64,000 bases of DNA. Origin: Terriglobales bacterium (GTDB lineage Bacteria; Acidobacteriota; Terriglobia; Terriglobales; Acidobacteriaceae). The translations under genes were made by a program, and so were the position numbers. Shown in pieces: positions 10,087 to 19,871 of the stretch. The notes under the pieces were generated by a model. That model made no database searches and was not told the origin of the DNA. It was given only the letters and a program-made list of their open reading frames with translations. The stretch's first letter is position 1, and each line of letters starts with the position of its first letter. Location: positions 10,505 through 74,504 of the forward strand of contig CAWBGO010000005.1 of assembly GCA_963788475.1 (NCBI GenBank), read 5' to 3'.

Positions 10087-10272
10087 TCAGTCTTCGCGCG
10101 TGGGCTTGTTCTGGTCCTTTGCGTCGCCGGTCTCTTTCTTCTCATCCGTGCCCGTAGAGTCGGCAATATCGATCGTCCCCAGCGAGTCGTTTTCCATGCC
10201 ATCCGAAGCGCTTTCATCTTCTTCAACGAACCCACCCGGCTGTGTATGAGTGGGTTTCAGCTTTTCGGTCAT
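10087..10272 (-). CDS. Small acidic hypothetical protein (61 aa)
   Basis: GGGAG RBS before ATG; MTEKLKPTHTQPGGFVEEDESASDGMENDSLGTIDIAD...; fills the gap between tyrA and the ADOP gene. Confidence 0.6.
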   Translation of the reverse strand: MTEKLKPTHTQPGGFVEEDESASDGMENDSLGTIDIADSTGTDEKKETGDAKDQNKPTRED

Positions 10273-10408
10273 CGGTATCTCCCAGGGGATAGGATGCCGA
10301 ACTCGTCCCCCTCGTTCGTATTGCTCGCTGGAACCCGCCCCTGGTCTCGTTTCACAAAGCTCGATTCCCATGCGATCATGAACCTCATTCAGGGCGTCGA
10401 GGTGGGCC

Positions 10409-12883
10409 ATGCACACTTCCCTTCGGGATATCCGTTATGCGGCGCGGCAACTAATCAAGAGCCCGGGTTTCAGCCTGACCGTGATGCTGACCCTGGCGCT
10501 CGGCATCGGCGCTACGACCGCCATCTTCTCACTCGTTGAAGCTATACTTCTTCGCCCGCTTCCCTTTGCCAGTCCGGATCGCCTGGTCATGCTCGGCGAA
10601 CATATCGGCGGCGGGCCGCGCACCGCCGTCACCGCTCGCGATATCGGCTCGTACACGCGCCAGAGCGGCGCGTTTTCATCGCTGGGCGGCTTCGCTACGT
10701 TCAGCTATGAGCTCTCTGGGAACGAAACGCCGGAGCAGATCGAAGCCGGCCGGTTCAACGCCTCGGTGTTTACCGCACTTGGCGTGCAGCCCGAGCTTGG
10801 CCGCGTTTTCAACGCCCAGGAGGAGAACGCGCATCAACTGGTCGCTGTGATCAGTTATCGCTTGTGGTTGAACCGATTTCACCGCGATCCGCACATCGTG
10901 GGCACCTCGATTGTGCTCGACCGAAAGACTTATTCGATTGTCGGCGTGATGCCGCGCAGTTTTGAGTTTCCGCTGGGGCGCGGGACGCTGCATCCTATCC
11001 AGCTTTGGGTTCCGTTGAGTTTCACGCCCGAGCAACTGTCGGAGCGCGATGCGGGGAATTTTCGATACCAGATGGTGGCGCGCGTCAAAGACGGCATCAC
11101 GATCCGCCAGGCGGCGGAGGATGCGGACCGCGTCTCGCGCCAGATCATGCAGAACTATCCCGCAACCATGTCGGCAATCCACATTCGCGGGGATGTGACG
11201 CCGCTGCGGGACTTTTTCATGGCCGACATGCGCCCGGTTCTGCGCACCCTCTTTCTCGCTGTGTCCACGGTTCTGCTGGTCGCGTGCGTCAATGTTGCGG
11301 GCCTGCTGCTGGTGCGCTCTATCGGGCGGCGCCGCGACTTCGCGGTGCGGCTGGCGCTGGGGGCACGGTCGAGCGAGATCGTCCGCGAATCCATCTTCGA
11401 AGCTTTGCTGCTCAGCGGCGGGGGCGCTGTTCTCGGCCTCGCTTTTGTTGCGGTCGCCGTTCGCAGTGCACCCCATATCTTGCCGCAGTCGATGCCCAGG
11501 ATCGACGCCATCGCGGTTGATCCGGTTGTTGCGGGGTTCGCCATCCTTCTCGCTCTCGCGACCGGCGCCCTGTGCAGCCTCGCCCCCGCGCTGTTTGCCC
11601 TGCGAACGAACTTGACCGAGAGCCTCAAAGAGGGCTCAAAGACGGCTTCGGGCACATCGAGCCATGCATGGCTCCGGTCCGCTTTTGTAGTCGTCGAAAT
11701 CGCGGCCGCCCTGGTGCTGCTCAACACGTGTGGCGCGTTGATCCGGAGTTACGACAAGATGCTCGCGGTCGATCCGGGTTTTCGCCCCGATCACGTGCTG
11801 GTGGCCGGTTATCAGCTTCCGCTGGCGCAATACGCTACGGCTGGTTCGGCCCATGCGTTCAATCGCGCAGTACTTGAAAAGCTGGCAGGCAAGCCGGGCG
11901 TTGTAACTGCCGGCATCGGCAACACGATTCCTGCTTCCGGACTGATCGGCGGGGCCGCCTACACAATTGAAGGGGAACCGGTGAACCAGTGGAAGCTGAA
12001 GTTCGCCATGTTCTTTGTCGTGGATGGGGACTATTTCAGGGCCATGGGCATTCCGTTGCTCGATGGGCGAACCTTCACTGCTGACGATCGCGCCGACGAA
12101 CCCCTGGTGATTGTCGTCAACGAATCCATGGCCAAACACTGCTGGCCCGGCCAGCGGGCCATCGGCAAGCGCATGCATGTCGGCAATCCGAAGAAGGATT
12201 CACCCTGGGCGACCGTGGTCGGGATCGTAGCTGACACCAAGGGCGGAGGCCGCGATGAGCCCAGCACGGACCAGTGGTACTTGCCCGAGCAGCAGCCGAC
12301 TACTCTCTACGGCAATGACTATAAAGAGGCCCTGACCAGCTCTGCCGGTGGTTTCATTGTCGTCCGCTCCACCTTTCCGCCGGAGCAGATGACCAAAACG
12401 CTTCGCTCGACGGTGGCGGAAATCGATCCCCGCCTGGCGCTGGACAGCATTTCGCCAATGAGCGAGGTAATCGCCAACGTTGAAGCCCCGCGCCGCTTCA
12501 ACACCGACCTGATCAGCGGCTTCGCCCTTGTAGCGCTGCTACTCGCCATCACCGGCATCTACGCTGTCGTGGCCTTTTCGGTGTCGATGCGGACGCAGGA
12601 AATTGCCATCCGCATGGCAGTGGGCGCTCAACGCGTCAGCATTGCGCGCCTGGTTCTCGTTTCCGGCGCCCGGCTGGGGCTGGCTGGATGCTGTCTTGGC
12701 GTGCTGGGTTCGTCGGGAGCGGCGCGCCTGGTGCAGTCATTCCTCTTCGGCGTCACCGCAACCGATCCGCTGATTTACATCATCAGCGTCGTCATCATTT
12801 TCATTCTCGTGCTGGTGGCTTCGGCACTGCCCGCGGCCCGCGCCGCCGCATCCGACCCCATCGATGCTTTGCGGTCGGTCTAG
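10409..12883 (+). CDS. ADOP-family duplicated ABC permease
   Basis: [69 protein letters not shown]. Confidence 0.95.
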   Translation: MHTSLRDIRYAARQLIKSPGFSLTVMLTLALGIGATTAIFSLVEAILLRPLPFASPDRLVMLGEHIGGGPRTAVTARDIGSYTRQSGAFSSLGGFATFSYELSGNETPEQIEAGRFNASVFTALGVQPELGRVFNAQEENAHQLVAVISYRLWLNRFHRDPHIVGTSIVLDRKTYSIVGVMPRSFEFPLGRGTLHPIQLWVPLSFTPEQLSERDAGNFRYQMVARVKDGITIRQAAEDADRVSRQIMQNYPATMSAIHIRGDVTPLRDFFMADMRPVLRTLFLAVSTVLLVACVNVAGLLLVRSIGRRRDFAVRLALGARSSEIVRESIFEALLLSGGGAVLGLAFVAVAVRSAPHILPQSMPRIDAIAVDPVVAGFAILLALATGALCSLAPALFALRTNLTESLKEGSKTASGTSSHAWLRSAFVVVEIAAALVLLNTCGALIRSYDKMLAVDPGFRPDHVLVAGYQLPLAQYATAGSAHAFNRAVLEKLAGKPGVVTAGIGNTIPASGLIGGAAYTIEGEPVNQWKLKFAMFFVVDGDYFRAMGIPLLDGRTFTADDRADEPLVIVVNESMAKHCWPGQRAIGKRMHVGNPKKDSPWATVVGIVADTKGGGRDEPSTDQWYLPEQQPTTLYGNDYKEALTSSAGGFIVVRSTFPPEQMTKTLRSTVAEIDPRLALDSISPMSEVIANVEAPRRFNTDLISGFALVALLLAITGIYAVVAFSVSMRTQEIAIRMAVGAQRVSIARLVLVSGARLGLAGCCLGVLGSSGAARLVQSFLFGVTATDPLIYIISVVIIFILVLVASALPAARAAASDPIDALRSV

Positions 12884-12919
12884 GTTGATGACCAAATGAA
12901 TCTGTATCTCTCGAAACTC

Positions 12920-12973
12920 CGTGGTATCCCAAGTCAGGCGCAAAAACAAAGACGCGCCGAACCTAGGGCACCC
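12920..12973 (+). repeat. Family-A palindromic repeat
   Basis: GTGGTATCCCAAGTCAGGCGC-AAAAACAAAGAC-GCGCCGAACCTAGGGCACCC. Confidence 0.8.
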
Positions 12974-12994
12974 ATAAGTGGTACAAAACAACGC

Positions 12995-13037
12995 CACAAA
13001 GGCAAAGGGGCGAAATTCCCTGCGGAATGTCGCCCCT
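12995..13037 (-). terminator. Intrinsic terminator of the small minus-strand unit
   Basis: Minus-strand hairpin AGGGGCGACATTCC-GCAG-GGAATTTCGCCCCT followed by TTGCCTTTGTG. Confidence 0.65.
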
Positions 13038-13106
13038 CGCTATCCGTGTTTTCGAAGATCCGGCTCGGCTGCCTGATCACAACAGTTTGTGATTGTGACA
13101 GAGAGA

Positions 13107-13223
13107 TTAGGTAAAACGTTCGGGCTCAGCCCGAGTTTCCCTCACCTTCCCACAATCACATTGGTTGCGCGAGTATGCTCGTTGCCATTCCCGAGACTCG
13201 TTGCCGACTCTCTTGAAGGCCAT
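13107..13223 (-). CDS. Putative 38-aa small protein MAFKRVGNESREWQRAYSRNQCDCGKVRETRAEPERFT, or an ORF within an sRNA
   Basis: AAGGAGAGAG RBS 6 nt before ATG; too short for the ORF track; lies between a predicted promoter and terminator. Confidence 0.5.
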   Translation of the reverse strand: MAFKRVGNESREWQRAYSRNQCDCGKVRETRAEPERFT

Positions 13224-13257
13224 AGTTTACTCTCTCCTTCGGGAAGATTTCTCTTCC

Positions 13258-13286
13258 ATTACAGCGTTGGAATCGAGGTAGTGCAA
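13258..13286 (-). promoter_or_regulatory. Sigma70-like promoter TTGCAC-N17-TGTAAT
   Basis: Minus strand -35 at 13281-13286, -10 at 13258-13263, 17-nt spacer. Confidence 0.55.
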
Positions 13287-13506
13287 TAGGGTTGTCAGGT
13301 GTTGAGATCTTGCCGGTGGAAATGTTCTTCGAAGGGTGGAAATTTGCGTGAGACAAACATTGACAATCAGGCTGCTCGATCTGCGGAATCGCAAATTGCG
13401 CCTCGCGGTTTGTCGATTATGATTTCGACATCAGAAACCCCGATCGCAGTCCGTTGCCGGTGTTTGGTGATACGGGAGTTATAAGAGGCCGGCAAATTTG
13501 CCTCTT

Positions 13507-13553
13507 TGCTCTCCCCCCTTTCGCCGGAAAGAAGGCGAAAGGATGGGGCACGG
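13507..13553 (+). repeat. Family-A palindromic repeat
   Basis: CTCTCCCCCCTTTCGCC-GGAAAGAA-GGCGAAAGGATGGGGCACGG. Confidence 0.8.
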
Positions 13554-13620
13554 AAGGTTTGTTTTCGGTCGTCCTCCGAAGCATCCGGCCCTGATGATTT
13601 GATTCAAAAGATAAGAGGTC

Positions 13621-14010
13621 GTGAAATTGAAGCGACGGCTGTATCAAGCATCTTTGTTGGCGGTAACGGCTTTGTGGGGCGTGGCCGCTCTCTGGGCGCA
13701 CCACGGCCTGGCGGCCTTTGACACCACCCACACCGTGAAAATGGAAGGAACCATCACCGGCGTGGAGTGGATCAACCCTCATGCCTTTATCTATGCGGAC
13801 CTGAAGGATGGGCATGGCAAGGTCGTGAACTGGAAGCTGGAGCTGGGCAGCCTGGGCATGCTGACCAAGTACGGCGGCTGGACCGAAACAACGGTGAAAA
13901 AAGGCGACCACGTTACGGTTCAGGGCTTTCTCGCCAAGGATGGCTCGCCCTACATGTCGCTGGGAAGAATCTGGCTTCCGGACGGACGGTCACTGGAAGG
14001 CAAACCCTAA
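13621..14010 (+). CDS. DUF6152-like exported protein
   Basis: Signal peptide then AHHG..AFD, EWINPH, WKLELG, GDHVTVQG, LPDGR; GAGG RBS. Confidence 0.8.
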   Translation: MKLKRRLYQASLLAVTALWGVAALWAHHGLAAFDTTHTVKMEGTITGVEWINPHAFIYADLKDGHGKVVNWKLELGSLGMLTKYGGWTETTVKKGDHVTVQGFLAKDGSPYMSLGRIWLPDGRSLEGKP

Positions 14011-14502
14011 ATGGTCGCTGTGCCCGCGTTCTGCGGGTGGCTTGAACAAAGCCCGGTCGGGGCCGCCGTTCGCCAGTCGCTGTGGCTGTTCCCGGCGATT
14101 GAAACCGTGCACCTGCTGGGCATGACCCTTCTGGTGGGGACGGCGGCTGCATTCGATTTGCGCCTGCTGGGATGCGCGTGGCCGCGAACCCGCGTTGCGG
14201 AGCTGGCGCGCCGACTGCTTCCCTGGGCCTGGTTTGGATTCGGGTTGCAGGTCGTTACCGGGGCGCTGCTGTTTTCGTCCGAAGCCGCAAAAATGTATGT
14301 CAATCCGGCCTTCCGGCTGAAGATGCTTCTGATTTGCCTGGCCGGAATGCAGGCCATCATTTTTCAGCTCGTGGCGGGCCGGAACCTGGCCGCCTGGGAC
14401 GAACGCGCGGCCGTTCCTGTCATGGCCAGAATCGGGGGATTGATTTCCATCCTGCTCTGGATCGGAGTGGTTGCCGCAGGACGCTGGATCGGTTTCATCT
14501 GA
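14011..14502 (+). CDS. DUF6644-like four-helix membrane protein
   Basis: IETVHLLG, FDLRLLG, VTGALLF, NPAFRLKM, LWIGVVAAGRWIGF; starts immediately after the upstream stop. Confidence 0.8.
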   Translation: MVAVPAFCGWLEQSPVGAAVRQSLWLFPAIETVHLLGMTLLVGTAAAFDLRLLGCAWPRTRVAELARRLLPWAWFGFGLQVVTGALLFSSEAAKMYVNPAFRLKMLLICLAGMQAIIFQLVAGRNLAAWDERAAVPVMARIGGLISILLWIGVVAAGRWIGFI

Positions 14503-14585
14503 CGAAAATGCCGCCTGGCGGCTCGTCGCATCATGGACGAACTGCGCAGGCGGCAATGCGTTTCCGGAGGACATGAAGCGCTAAC

Positions 14586-16097
14586 TCAGTTAGATGGTTT
14601 ACCCGTCAGCGGATCGAGAAACAACTTGCTGTTCTTGCTGTTGAAATCGAACAGGCCATCCAGCGTTCCCGCAATGGCGTCCGCTGATCCATTTCCGACA
14701 CGTGGAACATTCCAGTTGTCCTCGATGAAGCGAATGACGGACGACTGGTCGGTGACCAGATGGTCAACGTAGTTTGACTTGGCGTAGGGAGAGACCACGA
14801 GGAAGGGAAGGCGCGGACCGTAGCCGCAGCGGCCATTCTGAACGGCGCCCGAATCGTTTGGCTTGGGAGTTCCGCAGTTGCCGGGCCCGAGCAGCTGGTC
14901 GTCGGTGACATTGGACTGGTTCACGATGGGGCCCATCGCGTGGTCGTACCAGCCATCGGAGTCGTCGTACATGATGATGACGGCGGTCTCGCGCCATTCC
15001 GACGACTTCTGCAGCTTGTTGATGAACTGCACCAGGAAATTCTGTTCATCCAGCGGATCGGAGTAACCGGCGTGCCCGTCCTCGATGGCGCGGGCCTTGA
15101 TGAAGCTGACCGCGGGCAGGTTGTCGGCGCCCAGAGCGTCCCAGAAATCGGACAGATCGTAGTTGTGGTTGGCGGCATCGCCCTGGTGCCCGATCATGGA
15201 GACGGAAGTGCGGCGCACATGGTTGGGGTTCGACGTGGATTGCCAGTACTGGAAGAACGCGTGGTGGGGAATGTAGTCAGCGGTGCTGAGGCCGGTGATT
15301 CCGGTGGATACGTTGGTGCAGTTCGCGAATCCACCCATGAACGATCCCCAGGTGATGCCGGCCTTGTTGAGCACGTCGCCGATATTCTGGCCGGACATGG
15401 AAATCTGCGCCCGGGCGGGGTTGGAGCACTTGTCGAATGCCGGATCGGGGTCTCCGATCACCGCGCCGGTAGGGTCCCCATTGGTGATGTTCCCGGCAGC
15501 CGACTTGCCATTGGTGATCGTGCCTTCAAAGGTGGTTCCGGCCACCAGGTTAAGAAGACCCGGTGTGGAGGGGCCAAACGAGGTGCCGAACGAGTTGTCG
15601 CTCATGGCGAAGTGCTGGGCGTAATTCCACAGTGCCGTCACCGTGTTGCCGTCGTAGTAGCCCATGGTGCTGTTGGGTCCGAGGACGGGGTCGTTGCAGC
15701 TGTGGGTCAGGAACTGGTCCATGAGCCCGCCGTGGAAGGCGAACTGCTCGTCCGCGTAGCCGTGATCCTGGTCGCAGGTATTGGGCACGCTGCGATCGAT
15801 GCGGAAGGGATTCACGCCGTTGGGATTATTTGTGAGCAGGCCGGCACTCTCGAGGCTGTTCACGCGGGGCGTGTCTTTTTGGGCTCGCTTGAAATAGACG
15901 CTGCCGTCCTTGTTTGGCTTGGCGTTGGGGTAGGTCCCGAAATAGTGATCGAAGGAGACGTTCTCCTGGAAGATCACGACGAGGTGTTTGATGGGTGTGC
16001 TGGTGTCCTCTTTTTCAGAGGCTGGGGCCGCGGTCGACAGGGCCAGCGCGAGGATGGAACCAGGCAGGATGAATTTCTGTGCGATGGTGCGGAACAT
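14586..16097 (-). CDS. Secreted phosphoesterase/phospholipase C (AcpA-like)
   Basis: Signal peptide; IKHLVVIFQENVSFDHYFGTYP, FAMSDN, YDDSDGWYDH, GYGPRLPFLVVSPY; AAGGAG RBS. Confidence 0.92.
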   Translation of the reverse strand: MFRTIAQKFILPGSILALALSTAAPASEKEDTSTPIKHLVVIFQENVSFDHYFGTYPNAKPNKDGSVYFKRAQKDTPRVNSLESAGLLTNNPNGVNPFRIDRSVPNTCDQDHGYADEQFAFHGGLMDQFLTHSCNDPVLGPNSTMGYYDGNTVTALWNYAQHFAMSDNSFGTSFGPSTPGLLNLVAGTTFEGTITNGKSAAGNITNGDPTGAVIGDPDPAFDKCSNPARAQISMSGQNIGDVLNKAGITWGSFMGGFANCTNVSTGITGLSTADYIPHHAFFQYWQSTSNPNHVRRTSVSMIGHQGDAANHNYDLSDFWDALGADNLPAVSFIKARAIEDGHAGYSDPLDEQNFLVQFINKLQKSSEWRETAVIIMYDDSDGWYDHAMGPIVNQSNVTDDQLLGPGNCGTPKPNDSGAVQNGRCGYGPRLPFLVVSPYAKSNYVDHLVTDQSSVIRFIEDNWNVPRVGNGSADAIAGTLDGLFDFNSKNSKLFLDPLTGKPSN

Positions 16098-16280
16098 AGC
16101 TATCTCCTTGGGGATTGGGAGGTGAATTTCGGGCCGGGGAAACATCCGAAACGAGCAAACACGGTCAGCAAAGACCTGCCCTTTACTAGCTATTCGCCTA
16201 TCATTGCGGGGAGATGAATCGGGTGTTAATTCTGTGATGCGTTCAACCAGGAAAAACATGAAGAAGAGATCGGGACGCCT

Positions 16281-16354
16281 TCCCTCAGGGGCTAAAGCCC
16301 GGAGCGGTTTTGGCCCATATCGGCACGACTAAAGTCGTGCCCTGCCACAAAGCC
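16281..16354. repeat. Family-B paired REP (REPIN-like)
   Basis: CCCTCAGGGGCTAAAGCCC ... GGCACGACTAAAGTCGTGCCC hairpin pair. Confidence 0.85.
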
Positions 16355-16405
16355 GGCGCGGCGGAGTCCCTCGTTAAGCCTCACTTCGTGCTCTGATATC
16401 AAAAC

Positions 16406-18085
16406 CTAATTCCCGGCAGCGGTTGGCGCGTCTTTCTGCATCAGTTGCCTGTTCTTGAGATAGATGGCATTGGTCCATCCGAAGCCGATCACGTTCTGCT
16501 TATAGCCGGTGCTCACCTGCACGTCGGCGTTGCGCGAGACCACGTTGTATTTCTCGCGAATGGTGCCGTCTTCAGCAAAGCCCTGGTCGATGGTGGTGTC
16601 GAAATGTTGCGCCACGCGGGCCGCATCCGCGTGGAAGCCCTCCGCTTCGAGGCCAGCGATCCCGACCCAGTTCGTGGGCGCCCAGCCGAAGGGCTCGTCC
16701 CACTGCAGGCCGGTATTGGTATTACTCATCGAAAGCCCGCCCGGTCGCTCGAACAGATTCAGCTTGTCAACGACCTGCTTGGCTTCTTCGCGCGTCGCCA
16801 CGCCAGCCCACAAGGGATACAGCGACGAAATGTAGGCGTAGGTGTTCGTCCGTCCGCGGCCGAACTCGTAATCGGCAAACACTCCTTCTTTAGCGCGCCA
16901 GAGGTAGCGATGGATGGCTGCATCCCGCGCCTTGGCGCGCCGTTCCCATCGAGCTGCTTCGGTCGGCTTGCCCAGCACGTGGGCCAGGTGCTCGAGGTCG
17001 CGCTCGTAGCGATAGAGCAGGCTGTTGAGGCATACCGGCGCGTAATGATGGGTGGCGCCGGAGAAGGGGCCAAAGCGGTTGCTGGGATCGAATCCCGATT
17101 CGCGCATAGCGCGATCGCCCACATAGAAATCCTTGCTGAGGCGATAACCGCCGGCCCAGGCGTGCATGCAGACCACGCTTGCGTTCACGTCGCAGCTGGT
17201 TTCCTTTAGCCGCAAGACCTCGCCTGCATCGGGATGCTCCGAGCCTTTGACAAGAAAGCCATCGCCGCCTTCGTGGGGATGGGCAATCAGCCAGCGGATC
17301 ACGTCGGGATAATAAGTGCTGTCGTCGGCCATCTCCGGCACAGGTCCCTTGCCATAGTCGAAGTACCGCGCCAGGCCGGTGGTGCCAGCCAGGTGCTCGG
17401 GCCGTGACCAGGTCGAGTAATCCTTTTGCGCCAGCGTGTAGGCGCGCTCCAGCCACGCGCGAGCGTCGGTGCGGCCTGCCGGCGTGGCCGGGAAACTGGC
17501 CGGGTTCTCATACACGGCGCGAATCATCGAAGTGAGGAACGGAGGCTGCGAGCGGGTGAGATAGTAAGTGCGGTTGGCATTCAGGACGCCGCCGTAATGC
17601 TCGATCTCGAAGAGGAAGTTGTCGACCATGCCCTTGGCCAGTGCTTCGCGATGGTCGACTTCCAGTCCCAGAAGGATGAAGTAACTATCCCATCCATACA
17701 TTTCGTTGAAACGGCCGCCGGGCACGACGTAGGGTGACGGAAGATAGAGCAGGCCCGCGTTGGGAAGCTCTTCGGGGCGCACGTCGCCGAGTTTCTCAAT
17801 GCGCCGCGGAAGCTGCACGATGCGCACGTGACACTTCTGCTCGAGTTCGCTGACTGCAGGCGGCGCGGACATCTCGGCGGGCAGATAGAGGATGGGATTG
17901 GCCGTGACCTTGATGTCGACCAGGGAGTGACAGTCGGTCATCGAGCGGGTCAGCGTGTCCCAACCGGCGTGGATGTAGGTGAGCGTTGCCTCGGGATTGG
18001 GGGCTGCGTTTGCGCCCGGTGCCTGCTGGGCGGCGGCGATGGTCGATGCGGCCAGTGCAAAAACAAACAGACGAAACAGTCTCAT
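16406..18085 (-). CDS. treA: Periplasmic trehalase (GH37)
   Basis: Signal peptide; PYVVPGGRFNEMYGWDSYF, NANRTYYLTRSQPPFL, ESGFDPSNRF, QWDEPFGWAP, EKYNV, GFGWTN. Confidence 0.95.
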   Translation of the reverse strand: MRLFRLFVFALAASTIAAAQQAPGANAAPNPEATLTYIHAGWDTLTRSMTDCHSLVDIKVTANPILYLPAEMSAPPAVSELEQKCHVRIVQLPRRIEKLGDVRPEELPNAGLLYLPSPYVVPGGRFNEMYGWDSYFILLGLEVDHREALAKGMVDNFLFEIEHYGGVLNANRTYYLTRSQPPFLTSMIRAVYENPASFPATPAGRTDARAWLERAYTLAQKDYSTWSRPEHLAGTTGLARYFDYGKGPVPEMADDSTYYPDVIRWLIAHPHEGGDGFLVKGSEHPDAGEVLRLKETSCDVNASVVCMHAWAGGYRLSKDFYVGDRAMRESGFDPSNRFGPFSGATHHYAPVCLNSLLYRYERDLEHLAHVLGKPTEAARWERRAKARDAAIHRYLWRAKEGVFADYEFGRGRTNTYAYISSLYPLWAGVATREEAKQVVDKLNLFERPGGLSMSNTNTGLQWDEPFGWAPTNWVGIAGLEAEGFHADAARVAQHFDTTIDQGFAEDGTIREKYNVVSRNADVQVSTGYKQNVIGFGWTNAIYLKNRQLMQKDAPTAAGN

Positions 18086-18188
18086 GGAGTTCTCCGCCGT
18101 TGTGTTCCGGGCGATGATCAGGAGTGTAAATCAATGCCTCCGCCCCGCGCCCGTACAAATTGCGGGGATGTGGATTCACGCATACGCG

Positions 18189-18216
18189 GGAACACTTGCT
18201 GGTTCCCCGGTGTCTA
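18189..18216 (+). promoter_or_regulatory. ECF-sigma-like promoter GGAAC-N18-GTCTA upstream of tonB
   Basis: Matches the RpoE/AlgU-type GGAAC...GTCNA architecture; correct orientation for the TonB gene. Confidence 0.45.
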
Positions 18217-18254
18217 CACAAGCACAGTGGTTCCGATTGGGATGAACGAAAGCC

Positions 18255-18290
18255 CGGAATCCCCTGGGACGGCTCTTCGTCTGAGGGGTG
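18255..18290 (-). repeat. 36-bp CACCC..CGAAGA..GGGGA..CCG repeat
   Basis: Ungapped 23/36 identity to 50826-50861. Confidence 0.5.
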
Positions 18291-18425
18291 GCCCACCGCC
18301 TTGATCTCCGCTGGTCGCGCGGTGCGCGAACGCGGCGATGAAGCCCGCCGTGCGCACAAAAGCCTTCGCCTCCCGGCCGGCGCGCTGAATTGATTTGTCC
18401 GGATTGATTTCTGCGGGAGGCAGCC

Positions 18426-19139
18426 ATGTTTGAAGATTCCACGTTCGAATCCAACGGCAGAATTCGCACTCGCAGCCGGGGCTGGATGGTGGCTGCATTC
18501 GTCTTCAACGGATCGATTCTTTCAGCGTTGATCCTGATTCCTCTCATCTATCCAGAAGCGTTGCCGCGGCAAATGCTGAATATTCTGCTCGAAGCGCCGG
18601 TGCCGCCGGCACCGCCAAAGCCGTTACAGCAAGTTGCGGTGCGGCCAACACACGAGGTTCCGGAGATGCGGGATGGGCATATCTTTGCGCCACCGAGGAT
18701 TCCCATCGCCATTCGCATGATCAATTCGCCCGAGGCGCCGGGCGGTAATACCGTGGTGGGCGCGGCCGATCTGGACCCGGGAGGGGAGAATCCAGGAGCT
18801 ATTTTTCAGGGCCACGGGCAAACTCCGGTGGTTCGCCAGGAACTGAGCAGGCCGGTGCGTTTGCCTTCAACCATGGTTGCCGGGATGCTTGTGCAAAAGA
18901 CGATTCCTGTTTATCCGATGATCGCCAGGGAGACGCGGACAGAAGGCGTCGTGGTGCTGCAGGCGATGATCTCCAAGTCGGGCACAATTGAGAATTTGCG
19001 CGTCGAGAGCGGGCACCCGATGCTGCAACAGGCCGCGTTGGACGCGGTCAGCAACTGGCGCTATCGGCCATTCCTGCTCAACGGCCAGCCGGTCGAGGTG
19101 GAGACCACGATCAACGTGATCTTCACGCTCGGCCATTGA
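18426..19139 (+). CDS. tonB: Energy transducer TonB
   Basis: MFEDS N-terminus, TM anchor, Pro-rich linker, PVYP..AR...EGVVVL, AALDAVSNWRYRP..LNGQPVEV; GGGAGG RBS. Confidence 0.92.
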   Translation: MFEDSTFESNGRIRTRSRGWMVAAFVFNGSILSALILIPLIYPEALPRQMLNILLEAPVPPAPPKPLQQVAVRPTHEVPEMRDGHIFAPPRIPIAIRMINSPEAPGGNTVVGAADLDPGGENPGAIFQGHGQTPVVRQELSRPVRLPSTMVAGMLVQKTIPVYPMIARETRTEGVVVLQAMISKSGTIENLRVESGHPMLQQAALDAVSNWRYRPFLLNGQPVEVETTINVIFTLGH

Positions 19140-19225
19140 GAGGCTTTCACAGTGTGGAGAGCGCGGCTGAGCGAGACCGCGCCTCCCGCTTCGCTCCGCC
19201 GGCGTGCTCCGCGGCGGAGCGTAAG

Positions 19226-19772
19226 TTATCCGCTCCCCGACTGCAGCTTTTCGCGGGTCAGCTTCATTCCATGTGGCAATGGCTTCGGGCATGGGCGGGC
19301 TCACCACTCCGGGCGACACCGCCTCAATGATCTTTTGCGGTTCGAGAGTCCCGCCTGCGCCGCGAAGCAGACCCTTCACCCATCCCACCGCCGCCAGGCC
19401 CTCGCTGCTTGCGAATGTCTGTTCCATGTAGAACCATCGCTCATCCCAGCACACGGTCCGCGAGGTGAGCGTGAAGCGCGCGAACAGAGGCAGGGAACGC
19501 CGGTAAGTCATCCACACCGCGCCCACCAGTGGCGTCCACCGGGAGCGGATGACGTGGCCGAGGATGCGCGTGCGCGCCAGCAGATGCATGCGCCCGTAAT
19601 CCATCATGCTCAGGTAACGGGCATTGTTCAGGTGCAGATTGAAATCGATGTCGTTGGGCCACACGCGCATCGACAAGCGGTCTTCATCAAGCACCCCCAG
19701 CGGAGGGAGCGGCCGAATGTGCTGGCGGATGGCCAGGGCCGGAATGCGGACAAAGCTGATGAAGTGGGACAA
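19226..19772 (-). CDS. Hotdog-fold acyl-CoA thioesterase (frameshift near 19262)
   Basis: RVWPNDIDFNLHLNNARYLSMMDYGR, YRRSL, WDERWFYMEQ; removing one base gives the end ...WNELTREKLQSGSG*. Confidence 0.85.
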
Positions 19773-19871
19773 GCCTCGCTCCCCTTATGGAAGTTTAGAA
19801 GGCCCGCGGGGAATCTGCAGGATGCAATCGCTGGCGCGCCGCGGGGGGCATCGGCGACAATCGCTTCTAAC

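Noticed and set aside
1-12883. Two ADOP permeases without ATPase genes as a novel system
   Set aside because: This is the already described Acidobacterial duplicated orphan permease family.
19152-19871. 240-aa N-terminal extension on the lactonase ORF
   Set aside because: It lies antisense to the thioesterase; the Tat signal marks the true start at 19872.
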